A stretch of 33,418 nucleotides of DNA, taken from the IMG/VR virus record IMGVR_UViG_3300020045_020013, positions 1 through 33,418 of that record; one strand, given 5' to 3'. Position numbers and translations under genes: made by a program. The notes under the pieces were generated by a model, which was not told the origin of the DNA, made no database searches, and saw only the letters and a program-made list of their open reading frames with translations. Numbering within the stretch: position 1 is the stretch's first letter; every line of letters starts with the position of its first letter. Of the stretch, positions 19,429-28,038 are shown one piece after another. This DNA comes from a virus. Taxonomy: Duplodnaviria > Caudoviricetes.

Positions 19429-19775
19429 TCAGCTTCGTCATTTTCGGCTTGAGGCATAGATGCTGCAAAACCATTTATCAATTGTGTCATTACGGCTTGA
19501 AATTGAGCCATATCCAAGGTTCTAATTTCACGAGCGGTTAAGAACTCGGTATTATCAGCGTGTCCAGCAATCATTGCTTCGACAATTTCGGACATGGTTT
19601 TTAAATCTTTGAGCGAAGTTTTTCCTTCTTCAAAATTTAACAGGATTTGAAATCGCTCGTTTACTTCTTCTAAAGTATCAAGATTCCAAAGTTCGCCCAA
19701 ATTCATAAAAACTTCCAAGCCATATCCTAGCTTGAAAGTTTTTTCGTTTACTTGTATTTCAACAGCTCTACTCAT
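19389..19775 (-). CDS. Tail assembly chaperone gpG
   Basis: Between tail tube and tape measure; slippery site near 3' end. Confidence 0.8.
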   Translation of the reverse strand: MSRAVEIQVNEKTFKLGYGLEVFMNLGELWNLDTLEEVNERFQILLNFEEGKTSLKDLKTMSEIVEAMIAGHADNTEFLTAREIRTLDMAQFQAVMTQLINGFAASMPQAENDEAEKKSKPRAKSTNL

Positions 19776-20191
19776 TAGACAACATCTTTTTCAAGATTAC
19801 CGTTACCTTTGAACGAAATAGATACTTTTACAGAAGTACCCGTTTCAGCCCCTAAATCGTAGTTATCGATAAAAGCTTTACCCGTGTAAATGAAATCACC
19901 CGTAACATCGGTTGTGAACTCGACATCGATTTCAGTCCCTGCTAATTGTGCATCCAACAAAGTATCCGCTGTTACATGCGTTGTATCACCCGAAGGCAAA
20001 TTAGACAATAATGCTTCGGTGCTTCCTGAATAGGAATACCCGGAAGGAATCGACACCGTTCCATCGGTATCTTTGGTTGCAATTTCTTCCAATTTAGAAG
20101 AAACTGTTAGTTTGCAATTTGTTGCATGAAGCAACATCTTTGAATCAAATTTGAAACGAAGAAATTTTCCGTTGTAAATAGCTGATGCCAT
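19775..20191 (-). CDS. Major tail tube protein, short form
   Basis: 138 aa; ATKD, YTGKAFI, SISFKGNG motifs. Confidence 0.85.
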   Translation of the reverse strand: MASAIYNGKFLRFKFDSKMLLHATNCKLTVSSKLEEIATKDTDGTVSIPSGYSYSGSTEALLSNLPSGDTTHVTADTLLDAQLAGTEIDVEFTTDVTGDFIYTGKAFIDNYDLGAETGTSVKVSISFKGNGNLEKDVV

Positions 20192-20210
20192 AGTATTTTA
20201 TTTTAAAAGT

Positions 20211-21173
20211 TTATAATTGTGTAACCGAAATTTCACTTGAAAAAGCAGAATAAGCACCCGTTACATCTTTTGCTCTTACCTTCCAAAGACTTGTAGTTCC
20301 CGAAGCCAATCCTTGTAACAATCTTCCTGATGAATTTCCAAAATCATAGTTGAAATACACGTTGTCTTTGTAGAATTCGTAACGCTCAATGTTTTCATTC
20401 AATAAGCCACCGTTAAAAGTTGACCCTGTGAATGTTAGTAAAAATTGAGAAGCCTGAATATTACTCGCCACCAAATTAGAAGGCGTTGTAGGTGGATTTC
20501 CGTCCAAAACCACATTTACCACATTCAGAGTTCCAGTTCCACCCGCATTGGTCGCTGATACTGTCATATTCAAAGTTCCAGTGGTAGGCGTTCCTGAAAT
20601 CAATCCCGTTGATGTGTTAATTGATAAACCACTAGGTAATCCAGTTGCAGCAAACGAAGTAGGCGAATTAGTAGCTGTAATTTGATATGTAAACGGAACA
20701 CCGCTAAAAACATAAACAGGTGTACCTGAAGTTATAAACGGAGCCGATGGAGGCGTGCCTATATTTTTAACCAAATTCCCGTTTCCTTTGAACGAAATTG
20801 AAACTTTAACAGAACTACCCGTTTCAGCACCTAAATCATAATTGTCGATGTATGCTTTACCCGTGTAGATAAAGTCACCTGTTAAACTGGTTGAGAATTC
20901 GACATCGATTTCCGTTCCTGCTAATTGCGCATCCAACAAAGTATCGGCCGTGCAATGCGTACTACTAGTTCCTGATGGCAAATTTGCCAACAATGCTTCG
21001 GTGCTTCCCGAATAGGAATATCCCGAAGGAATCGAAACGGTTCCATCAGTATCTTTAGTTGCAATTTCTTCTAGTTTAGAAGAAACTGTCAACTTGCAAT
21101 TGGTAGAGTGAATTAATTTTTTATCTCCAAATTTGAAGCGCAAAAATTTTCCGTTGTAAATAGCTGATGCCAT
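20211..21173 (-). CDS. Tail tube paralogue with C-terminal Ig-like and FN3 domains
   Basis: First ~139 aa nearly identical to short form; LPSGLSINTSTGLISGTPT (Ig-like) and PTTPSNL...VRAKD...SAFS (FN3). Confidence 0.85.
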   Translation of the reverse strand: MASAIYNGKFLRFKFGDKKLIHSTNCKLTVSSKLEEIATKDTDGTVSIPSGYSYSGSTEALLANLPSGTSSTHCTADTLLDAQLAGTEIDVEFSTSLTGDFIYTGKAYIDNYDLGAETGSSVKVSISFKGNGNLVKNIGTPPSAPFITSGTPVYVFSGVPFTYQITATNSPTSFAATGLPSGLSINTSTGLISGTPTTGTLNMTVSATNAGGTGTLNVVNVVLDGNPPTTPSNLVASNIQASQFLLTFTGSTFNGGLLNENIERYEFYKDNVYFNYDFGNSSGRLLQGLASGTTSLWKVRAKDVTGAYSAFSSEISVTQL

Positions 21174-21179
21174 ATTTTC

Positions 21180-21548
21180 TTAAATTATATTAAAATTAAT
21201 CACCCCGGAAAACGTTTCCGTTTCCTCATTGTATTCGATTGATGATGATTTTACTATGTATTTTTCATCTATTTTTTGTTCGATAGCATCGGTAAACTCG
21301 CAACACTGATCGTACTGTTCTATTGAAAACCAAAAATCGAGCGTTATTGTTATTTGGCTCTGGTCTTTGGTTTCAGGTGTTTTTTCGCTTAACACATAAG
21401 TAGCAAAAGGAAAAGGCGTACCCAAACTAGCCACTATTGGAAAAAGCAATAATTTACTTTCGCCATCGATTTCACGTTGCATTACTGATGTGAATTCAGT
21501 TAATGAAGCAAGGAAATTTCTAGTTTGAACAGATAAATCTTTAAACAT
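21180..21548 (-). CDS. Tail terminator-like protein
   Basis: Position; PFPFATY motif. Confidence 0.65.
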   Translation of the reverse strand: MFKDLSVQTRNFLASLTEFTSVMQREIDGESKLLLFPIVASLGTPFPFATYVLSEKTPETKDQSQITITLDFWFSIEQYDQCCEFTDAIEQKIDEKYIVKSSSIEYNEETETFSGVINFNII

Positions 21549-22056
21549 TTGTACTTAATTTATTGATTCTACGCTGGATAAAAGCGGTTATTTTCTTTTC
21601 GGCATCGGCTGTAACTTGCGAATTAGTTACATCGTTTGCTTTTTTCATAAAAGGATTTCCAGTTGATCTACCTATTGCAGCAGCATTATTCGCTCCCCTG
21701 GTTCTTTTTCGCTTGAATCCTTTTCGATAGCTATTTACACCATCGTGAACAAAATGACCGTACCAACCATTGAAAACACCTTTCGCACGTGGACCAACTA
21801 AAACGGTTGGATTTTCCTGCTTACCAGTTATTGTACCGATTGACTTTTTAAGCGTTCCTGGTTGAATCAACTTACCTCTAGCTTTGTGCGGTTTTTTAGA
21901 ATCTTTTACAAAACTTTGCGCCGCCAAAATAGACGGTTTAGCCACTTGACGCAGAATCAATAAGATTTCTCTTTTTTTGTCTTTGTCGTTGGACAGGAGT
22001 TTTAATTTTTCCTGCAATTCTCTAAAACCTTCGATTTCTACTAACGGCCTACTCAT
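21541..22056 (-). CDS. HK97 gp10-like tail completion protein
   Basis: IEGFRELQEKL, PGTLKKSI, WYGHFV, NPFMKKA. Confidence 0.8.
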   Translation of the reverse strand: MSRPLVEIEGFRELQEKLKLLSNDKDKKREILLILRQVAKPSILAAQSFVKDSKKPHKARGKLIQPGTLKKSIGTITGKQENPTVLVGPRAKGVFNGWYGHFVHDGVNSYRKGFKRKRTRGANNAAAIGRSTGNPFMKKANDVTNSQVTADAEKKITAFIQRRINKLSTNV

Positions 22057-22381
22057 ACGATTTCACTCTAATTTCGAGATGGGAATTTCTTCCAATTTCG
22101 ATAATGTGTAAAATTTCAAATCTTAACGAACCATCTTTCAAAATCAAAGCGGTTCCGTTTTGTTTTATCAAAGGATTAAATCGAACAGTATAAGTTCGAG
22201 ATACCAAATGTTTTACTTTTCCATCTACTTCTTCGCCACCGGAAACATCTTTCATACACGCCCAAGGTTCTGCAATTACAGTTTCAGCCGAAACTTCAGC
22301 ACCTGTTGTGGTTTGTGTTTTGGTTAGTTTTACCAACTGAATCACACGATCCATTTGACCGATGTAAGGTTTTTTTTCCAT
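22049..22381 (-). CDS. Head-tail adaptor/closure protein
   Basis: IGQMDRVIQL...WA...YTVRF; start taken at MEKKPYIG. Confidence 0.8.
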   Translation of the reverse strand: MEKKPYIGQMDRVIQLVKLTKTQTTTGAEVSAETVIAEPWACMKDVSGGEEVDGKVKHLVSRTYTVRFNPLIKQNGTALILKDGSLRFEILHIIEIGRNSHLEIRVKSYE

Positions 22382-22383
22382 AG

Positions 22384-22944
22384 CTAGAATTTTCGGTAAG
22401 GACGAAGCAAACTGTTTGATTTTAGGTTTTCGTTTTGGTTTCTGTCTTCTCGAATTTCGTAGAAATCGGCTAAACGAAGCTTGATTGCCTGAATGATTGG
22501 AGTTGGACAATTCACCACACTAAAACCTTGTTTTACTGTGATTATTACAGCATCAGGACGTTCAGCGGTTGCAGGTTTGGAAAGAAACTTAATATCGAAA
22601 CACTCGATAATATTTGACTTTCTTAACTGATATTGCGATTCATCCAAAAGCGTTTTTTCAGTCGCTCCAGGTTCGTAATATTCAATCTTGGTGATAACAT
22701 CATTCTCATAATTGCGCTGAAATGTTTCCTTATCGGAAAAACTATCGCATTCCATAATAAAATTACATTCAGCAATAGAACGATTGATATAATCCTGACA
22801 AGCGACTTGTGCCGCATCGATGCAGGATTGTATCGTTTCGTCTTCAGCAGTAAAAGAAGCTTCGATACGCAGTTGCTTTTTGCCTTTTTCTAAAGTAAGA
22901 AGCGGTACTGTCGCCGTGGTTTCTGTATAAGAATGAGTTACCAT
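22384..22944 (-). CDS. Head-tail connector (gp6-like)
   Basis: LEKGKKQLRIE...PTPIIQAIK...FYEIRE...LLRPYR. Confidence 0.85.
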   Translation of the reverse strand: MVTHSYTETTATVPLLTLEKGKKQLRIEASFTAEDETIQSCIDAAQVACQDYINRSIAECNFIMECDSFSDKETFQRNYENDVITKIEYYEPGATEKTLLDESQYQLRKSNIIECFDIKFLSKPATAERPDAVIITVKQGFSVVNCPTPIIQAIKLRLADFYEIREDRNQNENLKSNSLLRPYRKF

Positions 22945-22952
22945 AAGATTGT

Positions 22953-23294
22953 TTATTTATCTAACTTGAAATACCCTGCTTCTTCCAACTCTTTTGCCTG
23001 TAATTCAGGTAAAGAAGCCGATTCACCAACATTATAACCCAAATTATACTTCCCAGTTGGAGAAACGATAAATTTACCTTTCAAGGTTTTTGCAGATGCT
23101 TTTGGAGTAGTTGCTTTTGGAGCAATTGCTTCTTCATACTCTTTTTTAGCAGCATTGTAATCCGCAGTTATGGACACAATATCTGCATCCAGTGTTGTTT
23201 CCGTAATCGCATTAAAAGCCGTTTCAGCAGCTTCGAATTTTGATTTTAATGCAGCCACTGCTTCAGCGGCTGCATTTTTATTTTTATCACTCAT
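22953..23294 (-). CDS. Hypothetical head-associated protein
   Basis: 113 aa directly after capsid gene. Confidence 0.65.
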   Translation of the reverse strand: MSDKNKNAAAEAVAALKSKFEAAETAFNAITETTLDADIVSITADYNAAKKEYEEAIAPKATTPKASAKTLKGKFIVSPTGKYNLGYNVGESASLPELQAKELEEAGYFKLDK

Positions 23295-23307
23295 CTTTTT
23301 TTTAAGA

Positions 23308-24627
23308 TTAAGCAGTTAACAAATCTTTAATTACAGTAAATGCTTTCGGTTGTTTTACCAAAACATCCAAAAATACATTTACAATAATTTCGATGTAACC
23401 TTCTTTTTTTCTTGAGATATTATCTACGGTAATATCCATAAAACCCCATTGACCCACAATAAGTTGAGAGAAATCTCCAAAGATTGCAGCAGAACAAGTT
23501 CCCGAAGCCGAACCTTTCGTAAGGTTTGAAGGCACGTGGTTTGATGCTGTAAAAGGATAGCCGTTTACAGATCCATCAGGAGCCATTAAATAAGTTGGAA
23601 ATCCTGATTCCATTGCAGTGGTTTTTAATTTTCCACGTACTTTAGGATTTGACAAATACTGCAATTTAGCACTGTTTGCATTTTCAACAAAAACAGCCGT
23701 TTCCATTGCCACAATATTTGGATAGCTTGGAGCCAAACCATTTGTTCCACCTGCTACGGAATTCGTTCCAGAAGCATTCAAAATACCCATTGGTTGCCCT
23801 GTTCCCGATCCGTTTATTGCAGCCAAATCGATAGCGTTTGCTACGATGGTACGAATTTCAGCCATTGTATAAGCTTCCATATCTGTTGACGATTGCATAA
23901 TATTTTGCAAGGAAATAGGCACCGCCACGGCTAAACGAATCGGTTTCATCGTTTTGCTTGTATAGGCGTTTTTCGTTGGATCAACAGTATCAACTTCACC
24001 TTCCCAGGTTGCTGCAATTCCACCAGAATTTACAGGAAATTTCAAATCACCTTGCAATCCAGTTAAGAAAATTGCACCTAATTTTTCGACTACTGGTTGT
24101 GGACGTAAAGCATCGATTACTGGCTGTAATTCCGTATCAACTAAAGCCGCACCATAAGCACCTGAATCCTCCGTAACTGTTTGCCCATCGGCACGAGTTT
24201 CGATTTCAACACTTCGAGTATCGAACAAAGGCACTGCGATTCCTGAAATAGGAATTCCTGAACGCTTTGCTAATTCGACTGTTCTATTGTGTACTTCTAA
24301 TTCTGCCCCTTCCAAAACTCCGTTTGCCATTTGCGAACGAATTGCTCTGTTTAAAGAGAATACTTTTTTAGGAGCATTTCTTTTAGCAGGTACTTCAGGT
24401 TTGAAATCGGTGTTTTGTGACCCTTCAACAGAACGAAGATTAGTTTCGTATGCTTCAGCATCGATAACTTTTGTTCCTAAATCTTCGATTTCGGTTTGCA
24501 ACGAACGGAAAGTTGTAGTTTCGGTTTCGTTTAATTCTCTTTTTTCGGCTTTTGCAGCTTCAACGAGCGTTCTTTGAGCTGCAATCTTTTGAGCTCGTTC
24601 TTGTTTTAATTCAGCAGATTTTTTCAT
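23308..24627 (-). CDS. Major capsid protein, HK97 family
   Basis: Coiled-coil delta domain, WEGE, GSGTGQPMGILN, FGDFS. Confidence 0.95.
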   Translation of the reverse strand: MKKSAELKQERAQKIAAQRTLVEAAKAEKRELNETETTTFRSLQTEIEDLGTKVIDAEAYETNLRSVEGSQNTDFKPEVPAKRNAPKKVFSLNRAIRSQMANGVLEGAELEVHNRTVELAKRSGIPISGIAVPLFDTRSVEIETRADGQTVTEDSGAYGAALVDTELQPVIDALRPQPVVEKLGAIFLTGLQGDLKFPVNSGGIAATWEGEVDTVDPTKNAYTSKTMKPIRLAVAVPISLQNIMQSSTDMEAYTMAEIRTIVANAIDLAAINGSGTGQPMGILNASGTNSVAGGTNGLAPSYPNIVAMETAVFVENANSAKLQYLSNPKVRGKLKTTAMESGFPTYLMAPDGSVNGYPFTASNHVPSNLTKGSASGTCSAAIFGDFSQLIVGQWGFMDITVDNISRKKEGYIEIIVNVFLDVLVKQPKAFTVIKDLLTA

Positions 24628-24630
24628 TTG

Positions 24631-25266
24631 CTATTCTAAATTTGAGTTAATAATTAATTGAGCGTCAAAAGCGTTGAGCTCTTTATTTTTGTCTGTTCGC
24701 ACCTCGACTTCGCTCGATGTGACAGGGATTTCTTTTATGATTAAACTTCGAATTTCTTCGATGGTTTGAGATTCTCTTTTTAACGCTTCAGGATTTGAAC
24801 CGATTGGCACGATGGACCATTCTAGCAATTCCTGTTCATCAAAATAAATCACGTCACGATCTTCGCCTAGTTTTTCATCGCCCCAATGTCCTTTTTTTGG
24901 ATTGGCTCCGATAGATGCCATTCTTAAAGTTCCGGCTTGTATTTTTTGAAAAACCTTTTCGGCAACAGGATTGATTTCGGCAGATTCGAAACGAACGATT
25001 GCCACCAACTGATTGTCTTCAATTCGAACGGTTGACGTTCCGATTACCATATCGGGATTATCGGAATAGGATTTGTGAGCGTAAAACACCACTGGATTAT
25101 TTTCGTATCGTTTTAAATCCCAACCCGAAATTTTAAAAACGGTTCCATACGTATCCGGTGCTTCGGTTGAAATCACAAATTCGGCCTCCCGATTTTCTTT
25201 GTTTTTATCGGATAAAGCACGGACAACCGCTTCACGGATTACGGGTTTATTTAGTTGAATTTCCAT
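24631..25266 (-). CDS. Prohead protease, HK97 family
   Basis: NPVVFYAH, ASIG, LLEWSIVPIGSNPEAL. Confidence 0.92.
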   Translation of the reverse strand: MEIQLNKPVIREAVVRALSDKNKENREAEFVISTEAPDTYGTVFKISGWDLKRYENNPVVFYAHKSYSDNPDMVIGTSTVRIEDNQLVAIVRFESAEINPVAEKVFQKIQAGTLRMASIGANPKKGHWGDEKLGEDRDVIYFDEQELLEWSIVPIGSNPEALKRESQTIEEIRSLIIKEIPVTSSEVEVRTDKNKELNAFDAQLIINSNLE

Positions 25267-26497
25267 CTTTGGTATTTTTTAACGTATTTTGTATATTGGC
25301 ATTAAGCTGTGATTCTGTAAAAGTGTTTACAGGAGTTAAGAATTCATTTAAGAATTCAGGCCCATCATTATCATCTTCTAACTGACGAACTTCTTGCCTG
25401 TTTTTCCAACCCGCATTAATAGCTTTTGAATAATATTCTCCACGGGATTTTATATCGGAACGAAGCAATACATTCATATTTCCACGCACGTAATAACCCG
25501 CCAAACGTTCTTTGGCAGTGAATAGCTTCATTCCAAATTCCTGTTCGATATTCGTGATGTATGGTTGAATGGTATCGGAAACGTGGTCTAGTGACTGTTG
25601 TTCGATATTGTTGTTTGTGGATTGCGTTAAGGATTTTATTTTGTGCGGTGCAATATTGAAGATACGGGCGATTTCTTCGACTGTGAATTTTGCCGTTTCG
25701 ATAATTTGCAATTCCTGTGGCGTGATGGCGATTCCCTTCCAGGACATTCCTTCGTCTAAAACCGTTACACGTGTAGGATCCTTTTGAGAGAAAGCCGATT
25801 TTACAGCAGCAATAATTTGACCTTTATCTTTTATTACTTTTTCGGTTTCGATAACACCTTGACGAACGCCTTTGTTTTCGAAATTGGTTGCAGAAAAGGT
25901 TTGTACTTCGACTGCTAATCCTAATTGCTGTGCTCCGTAAGTTATTGGTCCGATACCTACGATTCCATCGTGTGTGAAATGTTTCCAGTGGATTACTTCA
26001 GAAGCCAAAAGCGGTTCGTTTAATCCTTGAATATCATAAACGAGTTCGCCATTTTTTAAGCGAATGTTTGTCACTTTATCCCAATTGATAAAAATGGTTT
26101 CGATTGGGTTTCCTTGACTATCGAAAATGATTTTAGCCAAAGCATTTCCACGCAAAAGCAATGATATTGCCATTGTTTTACGAAAAATGAACGTTGTCAT
26201 TAACGAGTTTGGAGAAAAAGCGATTAAGCTGTGTGCTGGATGCTGTGGGCGTGATTCTCTATTGCTTCCTACTTTCTGATTGACAGAAAAAGGGATTTTT
26301 GCAATATCATTCGAGATTTGCTCGACTGCGTTGTAAACTGCTGTTAGGGTTAGCGATTTTTTGTAGTTCATTCCGGAAGCCACACCACCACCTAACGAGA
26401 AAATGCCGTTTCCGAATGCTCCAAAATAGGAACGGTCGGAAGCGGCACTTCTTTTTTGTGACGTGAACATTTCGCTAAAAGCACCGTTTAAACTCAT
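25247..26497 (-). CDS. Portal protein, HK97 family
   Basis: LLLRGNA, EIARIFNIAPHKI, NNNIEQQ, NRQEVRQLED. Confidence 0.95.
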   Translation of the reverse strand: MSLNGAFSEMFTSQKRSAASDRSYFGAFGNGIFSLGGGVASGMNYKKSLTLTAVYNAVEQISNDIAKIPFSVNQKVGSNRESRPQHPAHSLIAFSPNSLMTTFIFRKTMAISLLLRGNALAKIIFDSQGNPIETIFINWDKVTNIRLKNGELVYDIQGLNEPLLASEVIHWKHFTHDGIVGIGPITYGAQQLGLAVEVQTFSATNFENKGVRQGVIETEKVIKDKGQIIAAVKSAFSQKDPTRVTVLDEGMSWKGIAITPQELQIIETAKFTVEEIARIFNIAPHKIKSLTQSTNNNIEQQSLDHVSDTIQPYITNIEQEFGMKLFTAKERLAGYYVRGNMNVLLRSDIKSRGEYYSKAINAGWKNRQEVRQLEDDNDGPEFLNEFLTPVNTFTESQLNANIQNTLKNTKDGNSTK

Positions 26498-26516
26498 TTT
26501 ACCCTTAATTATTGGG

Positions 26517-26566
26517 TAAAAGTATTTTAAGGACGAGGCTTAAATGGTTACATTATGTAACTTTAT
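26517..26566 (-). promoter_or_regulatory. Putative late promoter/operator, copy 2
   Basis: Exact 28 bp copy of 18951-18978 upstream of portal, with the same TACTTTTA box. Confidence 0.7.
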
Positions 26567-26572
26567 GAGTTA

Positions 26573-26646
26573 GCCACAGATTTAACAGATTTAACAGATT
26601 GGCACGGATTTTTTTTAACCGCAAATTTCACAAATTAGCGCAAATT
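26573..26646. repeat. Short periodic repeats (GCCACAGATTTAACAGATT... and CGCAAATT-type)
   Basis: About 9-10 nt periodicity; related copy GCCACAGATGGCACGGATTAAACGGATT starts at 27212. Confidence 0.6.
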
Positions 26647-27021
26647 ATTTTTTTTTAATTTTTTTTCTGTTTTCTCAATCCATTTCCAAACATCATCTAT
26701 ATCACAGGTTTTTAGTTCTACGTGAGAATGCTTTTTTTCGTATTTACTAATATTTTTATAAAACTCATTTAAAAATTCTCGAGCAGTTATAGTTTCTAAA
26801 GCATCAGCTTCGTTTTTATTCTCTTTTAGCATCATTGCTGAAAAATAATTTTCTATCTCTTTTTCAGAAATTCCTTCGCCATCACCAAAACACCTAAGAC
26901 TAATTTTAACTTCTAGTTTAGCATCACTATAAAAATCAGGCTGAATACCTTCGGGATCAACTATTTTTTTTGATGGTGTTTTTTGTATTTCAAATGTTTC
27001 TATTGTGAATTTTTCTTCCAT
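26635..27021 (-). CDS. Hypothetical protein
   Basis: 128 aa ORF between terL and portal. Confidence 0.6.
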   Translation of the reverse strand: MEEKFTIETFEIQKTPSKKIVDPEGIQPDFYSDAKLEVKISLRCFGDGEGISEKEIENYFSAMMLKENKNEADALETITAREFLNEFYKNISKYEKKHSHVELKTCDIDDVWKWIEKTEKKLKKNNLR

Positions 27022-27044
27022 AATTTTTTTATAAAATTAATATT

Positions 27045-27197
27045 TTAAAATTTATAATACCATTCATCTTTTATTTTTTCGAAGGTGTATTTTAATTTTC
27101 CAACTGAAACGGTTACGGTTACAGGTTGATAAGTTTTTGGTTTTGGCAGCAAACGGATTGCTTTTGCGAGGTTTTCGGCTTTTAGGGTTTCTTGCAT
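27045..27197 (-). CDS. Small hypothetical protein
   Basis: Start taken at MQETLK, 50 aa. Confidence 0.5.
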   Translation of the reverse strand: MQETLKAENLAKAIRLLPKPKTYQPVTVTVSVGKLKYTFEKIKDEWYYKF

Positions 27198-27228
27198 ATT
27201 GTTTTTTTTTTGCCACAGATGGCACGGA

Positions 27229-27408
27229 TTAAACGGATTTTTTATTTTTAAAAGGAACTTCAAACGCAATTACTATAAAAGGTAGTAAAATTGAAAAATT
27301 ATGATGATCAACATACTTTTCATAATCTATTGCAAATCCAAAATGCCAAAAAAAGTATTGAATATAAATCTTGATTTTTCCTATATTATATGATTTTTCT
27401 TTTTTCAT
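27229..27408 (-). CDS. Small hypothetical protein (59 aa)
   Basis: Hand translation MKKRKSYNIG...NKKSV. Confidence 0.35.
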   Translation of the reverse strand: MKKEKSYNIGKIKIYIQYFFWHFGFAIDYEKYVDHHNFSILLPFIVIAFEVPFKNKKSV

Positions 27409-27413
27409 AATTT

Positions 27414-27605
27414 TTATTTTATTTCAGATTTTGGCAATTCAAATTTTTTTACTTTTTTCAGTTCATCAAAAGCAGTTTTACTTTCTTGAAAAACTTTAAC
27501 TGCATTTCCTAGTTTTCTTCCTAATTCCTGTACAGAAGTACCAAATTTTCTTCCAATTTCGGCAATTGCTGCGACTTCTTCTTTTGTTAAATTTTTAGTT
27601 TTCAT
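27414..27605 (-). CDS. Small hypothetical protein
   Basis: 63 aa; ATGA overlap with upstream gene. Confidence 0.55.
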   Translation of the reverse strand: MKTKNLTKEEVAAIAEIGRKFGTSVQELGRKLGNAVKVFQESKTAFDELKKVKKFELPKSEIK

Positions 27606-27772
27606 TTTATTTCAGATTTAATGTAAAAATATCCTGTTGCCAATTCGATGGCAATCAACAAAACCACGAGTGTGTAACGGACGGGATTTTGTTCGAAAAA
27701 TTCGAGTTCTAAAAGTGAACTGGTTACAAATGCGATTAAAAAAGTGGCTAGGATTATTATTAGTGTTTTCAT
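27602..27772 (-). CDS. Small two-TM protein (56 aa, not in ORF track)
   Basis: MKTLIIILATFLIAF...YIKSEIK; ATGA overlaps at both ends. Confidence 0.6.
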   Translation of the reverse strand: MKTLIIILATFLIAFVTSSLLELEFFEQNPVRYTLVVLLIAIELATGYFYIKSEIK

Positions 27773-28020
27773 TTTTTGTTATTGTAATAATTAGTTGTTC
27801 TTTTGAATGATGCGTGATCGGAATATCGATACTTGCCAAATAAATGGTGATACCTTTCGTTTACTTCATTAAAAGCTTCGTTGTTGGTTTTGGCTGTTTT
27901 TAATTTTTTGAAATATTCATCGTAAAAACCTTTTGTTGTTGACAACTCTCGCATTTCAAGGTTTTCTTTTTCGAGTTTGGCGATGTAAATTCGTAAGGCA
28001 TTTTCTTCGGCTTGATTCAT
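27769..28020 (-). CDS. Hypothetical protein
   Basis: 83 aa after terL; domain shared with 4143-4607. Confidence 0.65.
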   Translation of the reverse strand: MNQAEENALRIYIAKLEKENLEMRELSTTKGFYDEYFKKLKTAKTNNEAFNEVNERYHHLFGKYRYSDHASFKRTTNYYNNKK

Positions 28021-28038
28021 ATCTGTTTGGTTTGTTAG

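Noticed and set aside
19256-19474. 72 aa ORF as gpT
   Set aside because: Wrong frame; the -1 frame continuing into 19045-19251 fits better
9981-21173. Diversity-generating retroelement
   Set aside because: No reverse transcriptase and no adenine-specific repeat pair seen; the tail tube duplication differs at all base types
27202-27211. Homopolymer tract as phase-variation switch
   Set aside because: Such runs are common in this AT-rich sequence and no frame disruption is evident
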